Shown here piece after piece: positions 29,647-41,636 of a stretch of 64,000 bases of DNA (positions within the stretch are counted from its first letter, which is position 1; every line of letters begins with the position of its first letter). The notes beneath the pieces are model-generated. The model saw nothing but the letters and a program-made list of their open reading frames with translations. It had not been told where the DNA came from and searched no databases. The DNA is from an uncultured Trueperaceae bacterium. Lineage in GTDB: Bacteria; Deinococcota; Deinococci; Deinococcales; Trueperaceae. A program made the position numbers and the translations under genes. The stretch spans positions 64,001 to 128,000 of the forward strand of contig CAWFFU010000004.1 of NCBI GenBank assembly GCA_963815215.1. The letters run 5' to 3'.

Positions 29647-30015
29647 ATGGGACGGGTCATCCACTTCGAGATCCCGGCGCAGGACATGGAGCGCGCGGGA
29701 CGCTTCTACCGCGAGGCGCTCGGCTGGACGGTCACGGGCTGGGACGGTCCGGTCGAGTATCTGCTGGTGGGCACCGGCAGCGGGGAGACGCCGGGCATCG
29801 ACGGCGGCATCCTTCGCGCCGGCGAGCTGATCCACGGCGTCGTCAACACCGCCTCGGTCGACGACCTGGAGGCGGCGCTGGCGCGCGTGACGGCCGCCGG
29901 CGGGACGGTGGAGCGCGGGCGCCAGCCGGTTCCCGGGGTCGGCTACATGGCGTACTGTCGGGACACCGAGGGCAACCTGTTCGGCCTGATGCAGGAGGAC
30001 CCCGCGGCGGGCTGA
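29647..30015 (+). CDS. VOC/glyoxalase family protein
   Basis: VIHFEIPAQD...FY...LGW, DTEGNLFGL. Confidence 0.88.
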   Translation: MGRVIHFEIPAQDMERAGRFYREALGWTVTGWDGPVEYLLVGTGSGETPGIDGGILRAGELIHGVVNTASVDDLEAALARVTAAGGTVERGRQPVPGVGYMAYCRDTEGNLFGLMQEDPAAG

Positions 30016-30118
30016 GCGCGGCGCAGGCGCTCGAGGGCGGGTGTCGCCGTGGGCGCCCGGTGCGTTCGGGTCCGGGACGCCGAGTGCCGGCGGCGCGCGG
30101 CGGGGGTAGAGTGGGGCA

Positions 30119-31417
30119 ATGTTTGTACCGAGTCCAAGAACCGTGGCGGTGGTGGACGGCAGCCGCATCCCCTTCCTTCGGTCCGGCGGTGGCTACGCCC
30201 ACCTGATCGCCTACGATCTGGCGCGCATGGCGATCGCCGGCATGATGGCCCGCGCCGGGCTCGACGGCGCCGCACTCGACGCCGTCATCCTCGGGTCGGT
30301 GGTGCAGAACGCGGCCACCAGCAACGTGGCGCGCGACGCGGCGCTGGCCGCCGGGGTGAGCGATCGCACGCCCGCCCACACCGTCACGGTGGCCTGCATC
30401 TCCGCCAATCGCGCCATCGCCGACGCCGGCACGCTGATCGCGACGGGCCAGGCCGATGCCGTTCTCGCCGGCGGTGTCGAGATGCTGGGCGACGTTCCCA
30501 TCGGCTTCAGCCGCGAGGTGCGCCGGCGCTTCTTCGAGACGCGCAAGTACCGCAGCGCGCTCGACTGGCGGCGCTTCTTCGCCGGCCTCCGTCTCTCCGA
30601 GCTCGTGCCCCGGCCCCCCGCCATCGCGGAGTACAGCACGGGGGAGACCATGGGACGGAGCGCAGATCGGCTGGCCGCCGCCTTCGGCGTCTCCCGCGAG
30701 GATCAGGACGCCTATGCCCTGCGCTCCCACCAGGGCGCGGCGCGCGCCCGGAGCGAGGGTTGGCTGGGCGAGGAGATCACGCCGGTGACGGCGCCGCCAC
30801 GCTTCGACGCGCTGGAGCACGACGACGGGATCCGTGAGGACACCTCCGCCGAGCGGCTGGCGGCGCTGAAGCCTGCCTTCGTGAAGCCGTTCGGCACGGT
30901 CACGGCGGGCAACAGCAGCCCGCTGACCGACGGTGCGGCGGTCACGCTGCTGATGAGCGAGGAGCGCGCTCGGGCCGAGGGGCGCCCGGTGCGCGCCCGC
31001 GTGCGCGACTTCACGTTCGTGGCGCAGGACCCCGGCGACGAGCTGCTGCTGGGTCCCGCCTACGCCGTGCCCCGCCTGCTGGAGCGCAACGGCCTGAGCT
31101 GGGCCGATGTGGACGTCGTCGAGATCCACGAGGCCTTCGCGGGACAGGTGCTGGCGGTGCTCGCGGCACTGGAGTCCGACACCTTCGCGCGCGAGCGGCT
31201 GGGGCGCGCCACGCGGGTGGCCAGCGTCGACATGGAGCGCGTCAATCCCTGGGGCGGCTCGGTATCGCTGGGCCACCCCTTCGGCGCCACCGGCGCGCGG
31301 CTGGTCAACACGGCCGTGCACCGGCTCGAGCGCGAGAACGGAAGGCTGGCCCTGGTGACCGCCTGCGCCGCCGGCGGCCAGGGGCACGCCATGCTGCTCG
31401 AGCGGGGCGAAGCATGA
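30119..31417 (+). CDS. fadI: acetyl-CoA C-acyltransferase (FadI-type thiolase)
   Basis: ACISANRA, TAGNSSPLTDGA, IHEAFAGQ, GHPFGATG, CAAGGQG. Confidence 0.88.
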   Translation: MFVPSPRTVAVVDGSRIPFLRSGGGYAHLIAYDLARMAIAGMMARAGLDGAALDAVILGSVVQNAATSNVARDAALAAGVSDRTPAHTVTVACISANRAIADAGTLIATGQADAVLAGGVEMLGDVPIGFSREVRRRFFETRKYRSALDWRRFFAGLRLSELVPRPPAIAEYSTGETMGRSADRLAAAFGVSREDQDAYALRSHQGAARARSEGWLGEEITPVTAPPRFDALEHDDGIREDTSAERLAALKPAFVKPFGTVTAGNSSPLTDGAAVTLLMSEERARAEGRPVRARVRDFTFVAQDPGDELLLGPAYAVPRLLERNGLSWADVDVVEIHEAFAGQVLAVLAALESDTFARERLGRATRVASVDMERVNPWGGSVSLGHPFGATGARLVNTAVHRLERENGRLALVTACAAGGQGHAMLLERGEA

Positions 31418-31445
31418 GAGACTTCGGGCATCCGGAGGCGAGAGC

Positions 31446-33611
31446 GTGAGCCGCGTCGAGCTGGAGCGCCGCGGCGACCTGGGGATCGTGTGGCTGGACC
31501 CCGAGGGGGCCTCGCTCAACACTCTGAGCACCGCGCTGTTGCAGCGCTTCGGCGAAGTGATCGACGAGATCGAGCGTGACGATGGCGTGCGGGCGGCGGT
31601 GATCGCCAGCCGCGCGCCGCGCTCCTTCCTGGCCGGCGCGGACATCCGGGAGTTCCTGCGCTTCACCGGACCCGACGAGGTGCGCGCCGTCATCGGCGAG
31701 GGCCACGCCCTGCTGGCGCGGCTCGAGACCGCCCGCACCCCGGTGGTCGCCGCCGTGCACGGCGCCTGCATGGGAGGCGGGCTGGAGCTGGCGCTGGCGT
31801 GCCGCGGCATCGTCGCCAGCGACCATCCCGACACGCGTTTCGCGCTGCCAGAGGTGCGCCTGGGGCTTCTGCCCGGCCTGGGCGGCACGCAGCGGCTGCC
31901 GCGCCGCGTCGGGCTGCCCGACGCGCTCGACATGGCGCTGACCGGCCGCAGCGTCTACGCCCGACGCGCGCGCCGCATGGGCCTGGTGGACGCCGCCGTG
32001 CCGCGCGAAGCGCTGCTGGACGCCGCCCTGCGGGCGGCAGCCGGCCTGGCCGCGGGAAGGTGGAGGCGCCCGCCGGTGCGCCGCCGGCCGGCGCAGCGGC
32101 TGCAGCAGACGGCGCTGGCGCGCCCACTGGTATGGCGCAGCGCCGAGCGCAGCGTGGCGCGGGCGTCCGGCGGCCACTACCCGGCGCCGGCGCGGATCCT
32201 GCGAGCGGTGCGCGACGGGGTCGAGCACGGCGCCGCGGCGGGGTTCGAGGCCGAGGCCAGCGCCTTCGCCGAGTTGCTGTTCACCCCTGAGGCGCGCGCC
32301 CTCATCCACCTGTTCTTCGCGCAGTCCGCCGCCCGCAAGAACCCTTTCCGGGAGCTGGCGGAGCCGAGGCCGGTGGAGCGCATGGCGGTGATCGGGGCGG
32401 GCCTGATGGGCTCGGGTATCGCGCAGGTGAGCGCGGAGCGGGGCCTGCGCGTGCTCCTCAAGGACCGCGAGCTGGCGCTGGCCGCCAGAGGCAAGGGCAT
32501 GGTCTACCGGGGTCTTTCGCGGCGCGTGGGCAAGGGGGTCACGCCGTTCGAGCGCGACCGCGCGGTGGAGCGGGTGACGCTCGTCGACGATGACGCCTCG
32601 CTGGCCGGCGTCCAGCTCACCGTCGAGGCGGTGTTGGAGGATGTCGAGCTCAAGCGCGAGGTGCTGCGAGCGGTGGAGGCCGCCACCGTCTCGGACCCCG
32701 CCGCGCCCCCCGTCTACGCCAGCAACACCTCGGCCATCCCCATCGCGCACCTGGCGCAGGCGGCGACGTACCCGGAGGCCGTCGTGGGGATGCACTACTT
32801 CTCGCCGGTGCCGCGCATGCCGCTGCTGGAGGTGGTCGTCACCGACGTCACCGCCGACTGGGCGACGGCGACAGCGGTGCAGGTCGGGCTCGACCAGGGC
32901 AAGACCGTCATCACCGTTTCCGACGGCCCGGGCTTCTACACCACGCGGGTGCTCTCGCGCTACATGGCCGAGGCCCTGGCCTGCCTGCGGGAAGGCGCCG
33001 ACGTGACGCTGATCGACGAGGCCATGCGCCGCTACGGCTTCCCCATGGGTCCGTTCGAGCTGCTCGACGAGCTCGGCATCGACGTGGGGGCCAAGATCCA
33101 AGAGGTGCTGCAAGACGCCTTCGCCGGGCGCGGCGTGCCCCAGGACGACACGCTGCGGCGCCTCGTCGCCGCCGGGTTCAAGGGGCGCAAGGGGGGCAAG
33201 GGCTTCTACCGCCGCAAGGGCCGCGGACGCGCGCACGAGGTCGACCGCGGCGTGTACGCGGCGGCGGGTCTCGGCGCGCGGCGCTCCCTGCCCGAGGCCG
33301 AGGTGCGGGAGCGGCTGTCGCTGGCGATGCTGGACGAGGCGGTGCGCTGCCTCGACGAGGGCGTGCTGCGCTCGCCGGTCGACGGCGACGTGGGCGCCGT
33401 CTTCGGCTTCGCCTACCCTCCGTTCCTGGGCGGCCCCTTCTTCGAGGCCGACCGTGTGGGCGCGGCGGCGCTGGTGGAGCGCCTGCACGCGCTCGCGAGC
33501 CGCTACGGCGAGCGCTTCGAGCCCGCCGCCGGGCTGGTGCGCCGCGCCCTCAGCGGCGAGCGGTTCCACGCCGCGGGGTCCGGAGGCGATCGGGCGCCGG
33601 CCCCGCCCTGA
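31446..33611 (+). CDS. fadJ: fatty acid oxidation complex alpha subunit (enoyl-CoA hydratase/3-hydroxyacyl-CoA dehydrogenase)
   Basis: GGGLELAL, LPEVRLGLLPGLGGTQRLPR, GAGLMGSGI, ASNTS, GMHYFSPV. Confidence 0.88.
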   Translation: MSRVELERRGDLGIVWLDPEGASLNTLSTALLQRFGEVIDEIERDDGVRAAVIASRAPRSFLAGADIREFLRFTGPDEVRAVIGEGHALLARLETARTPVVAAVHGACMGGGLELALACRGIVASDHPDTRFALPEVRLGLLPGLGGTQRLPRRVGLPDALDMALTGRSVYARRARRMGLVDAAVPREALLDAALRAAAGLAAGRWRRPPVRRRPAQRLQQTALARPLVWRSAERSVARASGGHYPAPARILRAVRDGVEHGAAAGFEAEASAFAELLFTPEARALIHLFFAQSAARKNPFRELAEPRPVERMAVIGAGLMGSGIAQVSAERGLRVLLKDRELALAARGKGMVYRGLSRRVGKGVTPFERDRAVERVTLVDDDASLAGVQLTVEAVLEDVELKREVLRAVEAATVSDPAAPPVYASNTSAIPIAHLAQAATYPEAVVGMHYFSPVPRMPLLEVVVTDVTADWATATAVQVGLDQGKTVITVSDGPGFYTTRVLSRYMAEALACLREGADVTLIDEAMRRYGFPMGPFELLDELGIDVGAKIQEVLQDAFAGRGVPQDDTLRRLVAAGFKGRKGGKGFYRRKGRGRAHEVDRGVYAAAGLGARRSLPEAEVRERLSLAMLDEAVRCLDEGVLRSPVDGDVGAVFGFAYPPFLGGPFFEADRVGAAALVERLHALASRYGERFEPAAGLVRRALSGERFHAAGSGGDRAPAPP

Positions 33612-33650
33612 GTCGCGGGGAGGGGGTCGCCGCGGGGGGCGGCGACGTCC

Positions 33651-34301
33651 TCACCCCTTCACGGCCAGCAACTCGCGGACCTCGGCGTCGGAGGTCTGCG
33701 GGAAGTCGCGGTACCAGCGGCCCACGGCCAGGAAGTCGTGGGGCGTGCCGAGGCACACCACCTCATCGGCCTCGCGGCGCAGCGCATCCGCCGCATCCGG
33801 GGCGGCGACCGGCGTGGCTACCACCAGGCGGGCAGGGGAGCGCCCGGGCGTAGCGCCGCGTAGCGCCGCCACCGCCGAACGCATGGTGGCGCCGGTCGCG
33901 ATGCCGTCGTCGACAAGCACCACGATCTTGGCACCGACGTCCGGTGCGGGGCGGTCGCCCCGGAACGCCCGCTCGCGGCGAGCGAGCTCGGCGGCCTCGG
34001 CGCGCGCGACCCGCTCGATGGTCGCCTCGCCCAAGCCCAGGTCGCGCACGATCGAGTCGTTGAGCACGCGGAACCCCCCACTGGCGACGGCGCCCAGCGC
34101 CAGCTCCTCGTGGCCGGGCACGCCGAGCTTGCGGACCACCAGCACGTCGAGCGGCGCGTGCAGCGCGCGCGCGACTTCCGCCGCCACCGGCACGCCGCCC
34201 CGCGGCAACCCCAGGACGATCACGTCTTGACGGTCCGCATAGGCCCTGAGGCGCCGGGCGAGCTCGCGGCCGGCTTCGCGGCGGTCCTCGAACGGCATCA
34301 T
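33651..34301 (-). CDS. phosphoribosyltransferase family protein
   Basis: FEDRREAG, GLPRGGVPVA, VDDGIATGAT, DFPQTSDAEV. Confidence 0.88.
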   Translation of the reverse strand: MMPFEDRREAGRELARRLRAYADRQDVIVLGLPRGGVPVAAEVARALHAPLDVLVVRKLGVPGHEELALGAVASGGFRVLNDSIVRDLGLGEATIERVARAEAAELARRERAFRGDRPAPDVGAKIVVLVDDGIATGATMRSAVAALRGATPGRSPARLVVATPVAAPDAADALRREADEVVCLGTPHDFLAVGRWYRDFPQTSDAEVRELLAVKG

Positions 34302-34458
34302 GAGTCAACCCCCGTCCGGAGTGCGACGTTCAAGGGCGGGTCTCGTGCCGCTCACCCCACGCGAGGCCCGGCCCGGTGACACAGATGTCTCCTCTGGCCC
34401 CAGTGAAGCACAGCCGAGCCCGGCGCGGGTCCCTAGAAGTCCGACAGCGAGGTGGGGC

Positions 34459-35676
34459 TCAGTCCGCCAGGTGGCCCAGCTTCGCGATCTTGGTGTTGAG
34501 GTAGCGCTCGTTGTACGGATTGTGGCCCGCGTGGAGCGGCACGCGCTCCACGATCTCCATGCCGTAGCCCTCCAGCGCGGCCACCTTGCGCGGGTTGTTG
34601 GTCAGCAGGCGGATCTTCCGGACCCCCAGATCGGCGAGGATCTGTGCGCCGATGCCGTAGTCGCGCAGGTCGGGCGCGAAGCCGAGCTGCTCGTTGGCCT
34701 CGACCGTGTCCGCCCCTTCGTCCTGCAGGCGGTAGGCGCGGATCTTGTTGAGCAGGCCGATGCCGCGCCCCTCCTGACGGAGGTAGACCAGCACCCCCCG
34801 GCCCGCGTCCGCGATCGCCTTGAGCGCGGCATCGCGCTGCGACCCGCAGTCGCAGCGCAGGCTGTGCAGGGCGTCGCCGGTCAGGCACTCGGAGTGCATG
34901 CGCACCAACACCGGATCCCCGCTCGACACGTCGCCGAGCACCATGGCGACGTGCTCGTTGTCGTTGAGCTCGTCGCGGTAGCCGACCACCGTGAACTCCG
35001 CCCAGGGCGTGGGGAGGCGGGCGCTGTCGACCCGTCGCACGAACACCCCCTTGCGCAAGCGGTAGGCGATGAGGTCGGCGATGGAGCCGACCTTCAGGCC
35101 GTGATCGGCGGCGAAGGCGCCGATGGCGGGCAAGCGCATCATCGAGCCGTCGTCGTGCATCAGCTCCGACAGGGCCGCCGCCGGCTTCATCCCGGCCAGC
35201 GCGCACAGGTCGACGGCGGCCTCGGTGTGGCCGGCACGCCGCAGCACGCCGCCCTGGCGGGCCCGCAGCGGGAACACGTGGCCGGGGCGCGCGAGATCGG
35301 CGGCGCTGACGCCGTCGCGGATCGCCGCCTGGATGGTGGTGGCGCGGTCCTTGGCGCTGATGCCGGTGGTGACGCCCTCCCTGGCCTCGATGGTGACCGT
35401 GAAGGCGGTGCTCCGGCGCGCCGTGTTGTGGGCCACCATCGGCGGCAGGTCGAGCCGGTCGGCCTGCTGGTCGGTCAGCGCCAGGCACACCACGCCGCCG
35501 GTGTAGCGGATGACGAAGGCGAGGTTCTCGGTGGTGACCCGCTCGGCCGCGATGATGAGGTCACCCTCGTTCTCGCGGTTCTCGTCGTCGACGAGGATGA
35601 CCGGGCGACCCGCGCGGAGCTCCTCGACGAGCTCCTCCACGGGCGCCAGCTCGGTGCGGGGTGTCGCGTCGTCCAT
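34459..35676 (-). CDS. ribBA: bifunctional DHBP synthase/GTP cyclohydrolase II
   Basis: [51 protein letters not shown]. Confidence 0.95.
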   Translation of the reverse strand: MDDATPRTELAPVEELVEELRAGRPVILVDDENRENEGDLIIAAERVTTENLAFVIRYTGGVVCLALTDQQADRLDLPPMVAHNTARRSTAFTVTIEAREGVTTGISAKDRATTIQAAIRDGVSAADLARPGHVFPLRARQGGVLRRAGHTEAAVDLCALAGMKPAAALSELMHDDGSMMRLPAIGAFAADHGLKVGSIADLIAYRLRKGVFVRRVDSARLPTPWAEFTVVGYRDELNDNEHVAMVLGDVSSGDPVLVRMHSECLTGDALHSLRCDCGSQRDAALKAIADAGRGVLVYLRQEGRGIGLLNKIRAYRLQDEGADTVEANEQLGFAPDLRDYGIGAQILADLGVRKIRLLTNNPRKVAALEGYGMEIVERVPLHAGHNPYNERYLNTKIAKLGHLAD

Positions 35677-35677
35677 G

Positions 35678-36403
35678 TCAGCCCTCCCCGCCGGCGGCGA
35701 CCGCGACCGAGGCCCGCCCGGTCGCGCCCGCACCGTCCTTGTGCGTGTCGCCATCGCCCGCGGCAGGATCATCGACGGCGCCGTCGTCGTCGAAGGCCAG
35801 CAGGCGTTCGACGTGGCGCGCCAGCACGTCGGCCTCCAGGTTGACCAGGCTGCCCGGCTCGAGCTCGCCCAGCGTGGTCACCTCCAGCGTGTGCGGGATC
35901 AGCCACAGCGTGAACTCGTTCGCCGCCAGCGCCCCGTCGCTGCCCGCAGGCCCGCCCACATCGACGACCGTCAGGCTCACCCCGTCCACCGTGACGGAGC
36001 CCTTGGGGATGAGGTAGCGCGCCAATCGCTCCGGCGCGCGCACGCTCAGCACGAACGCGCCCGGCTCGCTGCGTTTGGTCAGCACCTCGCCGGCGCCTTC
36101 GACGTGCCCGCTCACCACGTGCCCGCCGAAACGCCCGTCGGACCTCAGCGCCCGTTCCAGGTTGACGCGGCTGCCCGGCGTCCAGCGGGGCGCCGTCCTG
36201 GCAACGCTCTCCTTGGAGAGCTCCACCTCGAAAGCCCCGTTCCCGACGCTGATCGCGGTGAGGCAGCAACCGGAGACCGCGACCGAGTCGCCGATGCCAA
36301 GGTCCTCCAGGACCCGGTCCGCTTCGATGCCGACGCGCACGTCGCCGCCGTCGTCGACGGCGGTGCGCACCACGCCTACTTCTTCGATGATGCCCGTGAA
36401 CAT
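35678..36403 (-). CDS. ribE: riboflavin synthase (alpha chain)
   Basis: [40 protein letters not shown]. Confidence 0.95.
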   Translation of the reverse strand: MFTGIIEEVGVVRTAVDDGGDVRVGIEADRVLEDLGIGDSVAVSGCCLTAISVGNGAFEVELSKESVARTAPRWTPGSRVNLERALRSDGRFGGHVVSGHVEGAGEVLTKRSEPGAFVLSVRAPERLARYLIPKGSVTVDGVSLTVVDVGGPAGSDGALAANEFTLWLIPHTLEVTTLGELEPGSLVNLEADVLARHVERLLAFDDDGAVDDPAAGDGDTHKDGAGATGRASVAVAAGGEG

Positions 36404-36404
36404 C

Positions 36405-37595
36405 TCAGGCCTCCTTCGTTCCATCGGGGTCGACCGCCGCGGGCTGCGGGTAACGCACCCGGCCGGTCACCAGCAGGTCGTCGTCGAGCGTCTCGGTCAC
36501 AACATCGGACAGCGTCAGGGCGTCCTCCATGCGGGCGACGCCGATGCCGCCGAGGGGGCTGGCGCCCGCTCCGCCGAGCAGTTTGGGACCGACGAACCAG
36601 GCCACGCGGTCGACCGCCTGCGCTTCGAAGAACGCCCAGGCCAGGGTGCCGCCCCCTTCCAGCAGCAAGCTGGTCACGCCGCGCTCGAGCAGCGCCGGCA
36701 GGGCGGCGCGCACGTCGGTGCGCCCCTGCGTCTCGTCGGTCGTGATGATGTCGGCGCCCCGTTCGCGCAGCGCCGCCAGGCGCTCCGGTGACGCCTTGCG
36801 GGTGACGAACAGCAGGACCCGGGCCGGCACGCCGCGGTCGTCCGGCTCGAAGAGCCGGGCCGTCACCGGTGTGCGCGCCACCGAATCGAACACCACCTTG
36901 ACCGGGGTGCGCCCCCCCTCGATGCGGCTGGTGAGCAGCGGATCGTCGAGCAGCACGGTGTTGATGCCGACCGCCACGGCGTCGAGCTCGTCGCGCCAGC
37001 GCTGCACGCGTTCGCGCGAGGCCTCGCCCGTGATCCAGCGCGAGCGGCCGGTGCGCGTAGCGATCTTGCCGTCGAGCGTCATGGCTGTCTTGTAGAGCAC
37101 GAAGGGTCGGCGCTCGAGCTGGGCGATGCGGAACACCTCGTTCTGAGCCTCGGCCCGCTCCCGGCCGAGCCCTACCTCGACCTCCACCCCGGCCTCGCGC
37201 AGCCGTCGCACGCCGGCCCCGTCGGTGACAGGGTTGGGATCGAGTGCCGCGACCACCACGCGGCGCACGCCGGCGGCGATCAGTGCCTCGCTGCACGGCG
37301 GGGTGCGACCGCTGTGGTCGCAGGGCTCGAGGGTGACGTAGGCCGTCGCCCCTCGGGCGCGCTCGCCCGCCGCCCGCAGCGCCTCCGCCTCGGCGTGGGG
37401 TTCGCCCGCGCGGCGGTGCCAGCCTTCGCCCACGACGGTGCCGCCGTTCACCAGCACGCAGCCCACCATGGGGTTGGGCGACACGCGCCCGCGCCCGTGC
37501 TCGGCCAGCGCCAGCGCGCGCTCCATGTGGAGCGCGTCGGCGGCCGGCGGGGAGCCTTCCCGCGTCGGTGCATGGTCGTTCTCGCGTTCAGCCAT
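36405..37595 (-). CDS. ribD: diaminohydroxyphosphoribosylaminopyrimidine deaminase/reductase
   Basis: PNPMVGC, HAE, TLEPC...PPC, TLDGKIA, LLEGGG; start uncertain. Confidence 0.93.
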   Translation of the reverse strand: MAERENDHAPTREGSPPAADALHMERALALAEHGRGRVSPNPMVGCVLVNGGTVVGEGWHRRAGEPHAEAEALRAAGERARGATAYVTLEPCDHSGRTPPCSEALIAAGVRRVVVAALDPNPVTDGAGVRRLREAGVEVEVGLGRERAEAQNEVFRIAQLERRPFVLYKTAMTLDGKIATRTGRSRWITGEASRERVQRWRDELDAVAVGINTVLLDDPLLTSRIEGGRTPVKVVFDSVARTPVTARLFEPDDRGVPARVLLFVTRKASPERLAALRERGADIITTDETQGRTDVRAALPALLERGVTSLLLEGGGTLAWAFFEAQAVDRVAWFVGPKLLGGAGASPLGGIGVARMEDALTLSDVVTETLDDDLLVTGRVRYPQPAAVDPDGTKEA

Positions 37596-37630
37596 TCGAA
37601 CCCGCGCCCGGCGATCGCCGCGGCGCAGCA

Positions 37631-37787
37631 CACCTCCTTCTCTCATCCGGACTGTCACCGTCGGTACCGGAATCGCACCGGTTCGGGCCCGCCACTCGGC
37701 GAAGGCTTCGCGGACTCGGACGCGCGCAGTCGGGCTGCGCACCGTCCTCACCGCCGGTCGGGAATTTCACCCTGCCCTGAAGGATGT
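37631..37787 (-). ncRNA. FMN riboswitch (RFN element)
   Basis: minus strand CTTCAGGGCAGGGTGAAATTCCCGACCGGCGGT...AGTCCGCGA...CCGGTGCGATTCCGGTACCGACGGTGACAGTCCGGATGAGAGAAG, directly upstream of ribD. Confidence 0.95.
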
Positions 37788-37979
37788 CGAGTTGTGGAGG
37801 CCGTCATCGGCCTCGCACCCATTGTAGGCGAGGCGCGCGCGCCGGGTGTAGTCGGAACGTCCCGTCCGAGCCGCCGATCGCTCCGGTCGTGGGCGCGGAG
37901 ACGGCTCCGCGCCGTCGGCACCGGCCGCTGCCGACGGCGGCGCGCACGCCGCCGGGAGGCTTGGTAGCATCGCCCCACG

Positions 37980-39232
37980 ATGACCCACCCCGATGCTCCG
38001 GCTCCCTCCGATGGCGCGGCCTTCGAGGCGCGCCTGACCACCTACGCCGACCTGCTCGTGAAGGTAGGCGTGAACCTGCAACCCGGTCAGGGCCTGCTGG
38101 TGCGGGCCCAGACCGAGGCCGCCCCGCTGGTGCGCAAGGTCGTCGAGACGGCCTACCGGTTGGGCTCGCCGCTCGTCGACGTGTCCTGGTCCGACGACGA
38201 GGTGACGCGCGCGCGCTTCCTGCACGCTCCCGCCGACAGCTTCGAGCGCGTGCCGACGTGGCGCGCCGACGGCCACCTGGCGATGGCGCAGCAGGGTTTC
38301 GCCTCCCTGGCCATCCTCAGCGACGACCCCGACCTGCTGGCCGGCACCGAGCCGGAGCGCTGGGCCACCTACGCCCGCGCCTGGCAGCGCGCCAACCGCG
38401 CCTACCAGCAGATCGCGATGAGCGACGGCATCGCCTGGAGTGTGGCCGGCAACGGCGGGCTGGCCTGGGCGCGCAAGGTGTTCCCCGGCGTCGAGGACGG
38501 CCAGGCCGTCGCCAGCCTGTGGGATGCGATCTTCGCCGCCAGCCGGGTGACCGCGTCGGACCCGGTGGCGGCGTGGGAGCAGCACAACGCCCGCATCAAG
38601 GGCTGGGGGGCGCGGCTGAACGCCCGCCGCTACGCGGCGGTGCGCTTCCGCGGCCCCGGCACCGATCTGCGCGTCGGCCTCGCCGACGGCCACAGTTGGG
38701 AGGGCGGGAGCGCCGCGACCCCCGACGGCACGCGCTTCATGCCCAACATGCCCACCGAAGAGATCTTCACCGCGCCCCACCGCGAGCGCGTCGACGGCGT
38801 CGTCAAGGCCAGTATGCCGCTGGCCAACGGCGGCTCGGTCATCGACGACTTCACGCTGCGCTTCGAGAACGGCGCGGTGGTTCAGGCGCGCGCCGGCACC
38901 GGGCAGGCCGCGCTGGACCGCATCCTCGACACCGACGAGGGTGCCCGGCGGCTGGGTGAGGTCGCGCTGGTGCCGGCCTCCAGCCCCATCGCCCGCACCG
39001 GGGTGCTGTTCTTCGAGACCCTGTTCGACGAGAACGCCGCCAGCCACATCGCGCTGGGCCGCGCCTACCCGACCACGGTGGAGGGCGGCGCCGCCATGCG
39101 CGAGGAGGACGCCCGCGCGGCCGGCCTCAACGACTCGCTCGCCCACGTCGACTTCATGATCGGCTCGGCCGCGATGGACGTCGACGGCGAGACCGCGGAC
39201 GGGCGGCTCGAGCCCGTGATGCGCTCGGGAGA

Positions 39233-39248
<16 letters not shown>
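37980..39248 (+). CDS. ampS: M29 aminopeptidase (AmpS/aminopeptidase T)
   Basis: [51 protein letters not shown]. Confidence 0.92.
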
Positions 39249-41623
<2,375 letters not shown>

Positions 41624-41636
41624 GGCCCGGCGTCGC

